Of a DNA stretch of 64,000 nucleotides, positions 63,141 to 64,000 are shown one piece after another. Below the pieces are notes generated by a model. That model worked only from the letters and a program-made list of their open reading frames with translations, made no database searches and had not been told where the DNA came from. The stretch is from Chiloscyllium plagiosum (Eukaryota). Each line of letters starts with the position of its first letter. Within the stretch, counting starts at the first letter, position 1. Made by a program: the position numbers and the translations under genes. Location: the NCBI RefSeq assembly GCF_004010195.1, contig NC_057739.1, positions 7,104,897 through 7,168,896 of the forward strand. Direction: 5' to 3'.

Positions 63141-64000
63141 CTAAGATATTGTTGGGTCAGTAAGCTCAGCTGTTCTTTTATACCATATTGAGAGAATCAC
63201 ATTGGTTGAAGGCTGGCACTTCTGATGATAGAGACTTCAGGAGGGATCCAAAATGGTTCATCAACTGGAAAGTGATCTTAGATTTTTTTAAGAATTGTCT
63301 TTTGTGTTTGGGCTGGGTTTTGCCATTGTTAAGGCTAAGAATGGTCATGGAGCTCTCCTTCAGTTAGTTATTTAATTGCCCAGCAATATTCTTTGGATAT
63401 GGCAACAATGCAGAGATTTTATCTGTTGCATTGGTTGTAAGATTGCTGAGCTCTATCTGAATCGTATTGCTTTTGCAATTCAGTCATAAGCTTAAGATAG
63501 AGATAGTATAAATTCTGATTACAATCTTTAATCCTTCTGAATATTGGAGTGGTTGAATATTGGAGAGGATTACAAATGTTAATTATTTAGAATGGATTAC
63601 AGGATAAAACTGGTAACAAAGGTCAGTCTAACATCAGGAATGGAAAAACTATTAGATAATTTTTAAGGATAAAATTAAGAAGGGGCAGTCAATACAAATT
63701 TGTTAAAGTCCAAACCACATCTGACCAACCTGCTTGTGTTGTTGAAATTCTGACTAGCCTCAGTTTATCTGGTGGTCAGTCATACCTATTTCACCTATTG
63801 ACTTGACCTGTGCGTCCTGGGGTTCTACGGTTAATGTGCTGGATGGAAGCGCTAACTCTTGTCTGTATCTAAAATTTCACTCATTCCTGTTCACCCATTC
63901 CAATATGGTTGCTAACTTCCATTGCTGGCTTAATGGTAAGCAATGTCTGGATTTTCAAATTAACCCACATTTTTAAGCCCAGCATTTACTACATGGCCTC

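Overview
Vertebrate genomic DNA, most likely a shark (inferred from HE1-type SINEs, HER1/CR1 LINEs and abundant Penelope-like elements), with four assembly gaps. It holds the conserved block ZMYND19 (+, last four coding exons, 9634-15017), DPH7/WDR85 (+, nine coding exons 35179-52169, probable non-coding first exon at a CpG island near 25.2-25.5 kb) and MRPL41 (-, single coding exon 55782-56189). A CCAAT-rich bidirectional promoter at ~57.4-57.7 kb probably also drives PNPLA7 (synteny inference). Most six-frame ORFs are noise or transposon debris. The most interesting signal is about ten minimal type I hammerhead-ribozyme motifs (CTGANGA-stem II-GAAA-NNTH), some intact and some decayed. They belong to at least three Penelope-like families and their short non-coding derivatives. 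Several insertions are fold-backs with 8-14 bp target duplications, and one palindrome has copied its own target site in inverted orientation. Also seen: a GC-AG intron in ZMYND19, a CAGTAG tandem acceptor in DPH7 whose upstream AG creates a stop codon, a filled and an empty insertion site side by side, and a 51-bp duplication around a SINE. All calls are by eye; no searches were run.
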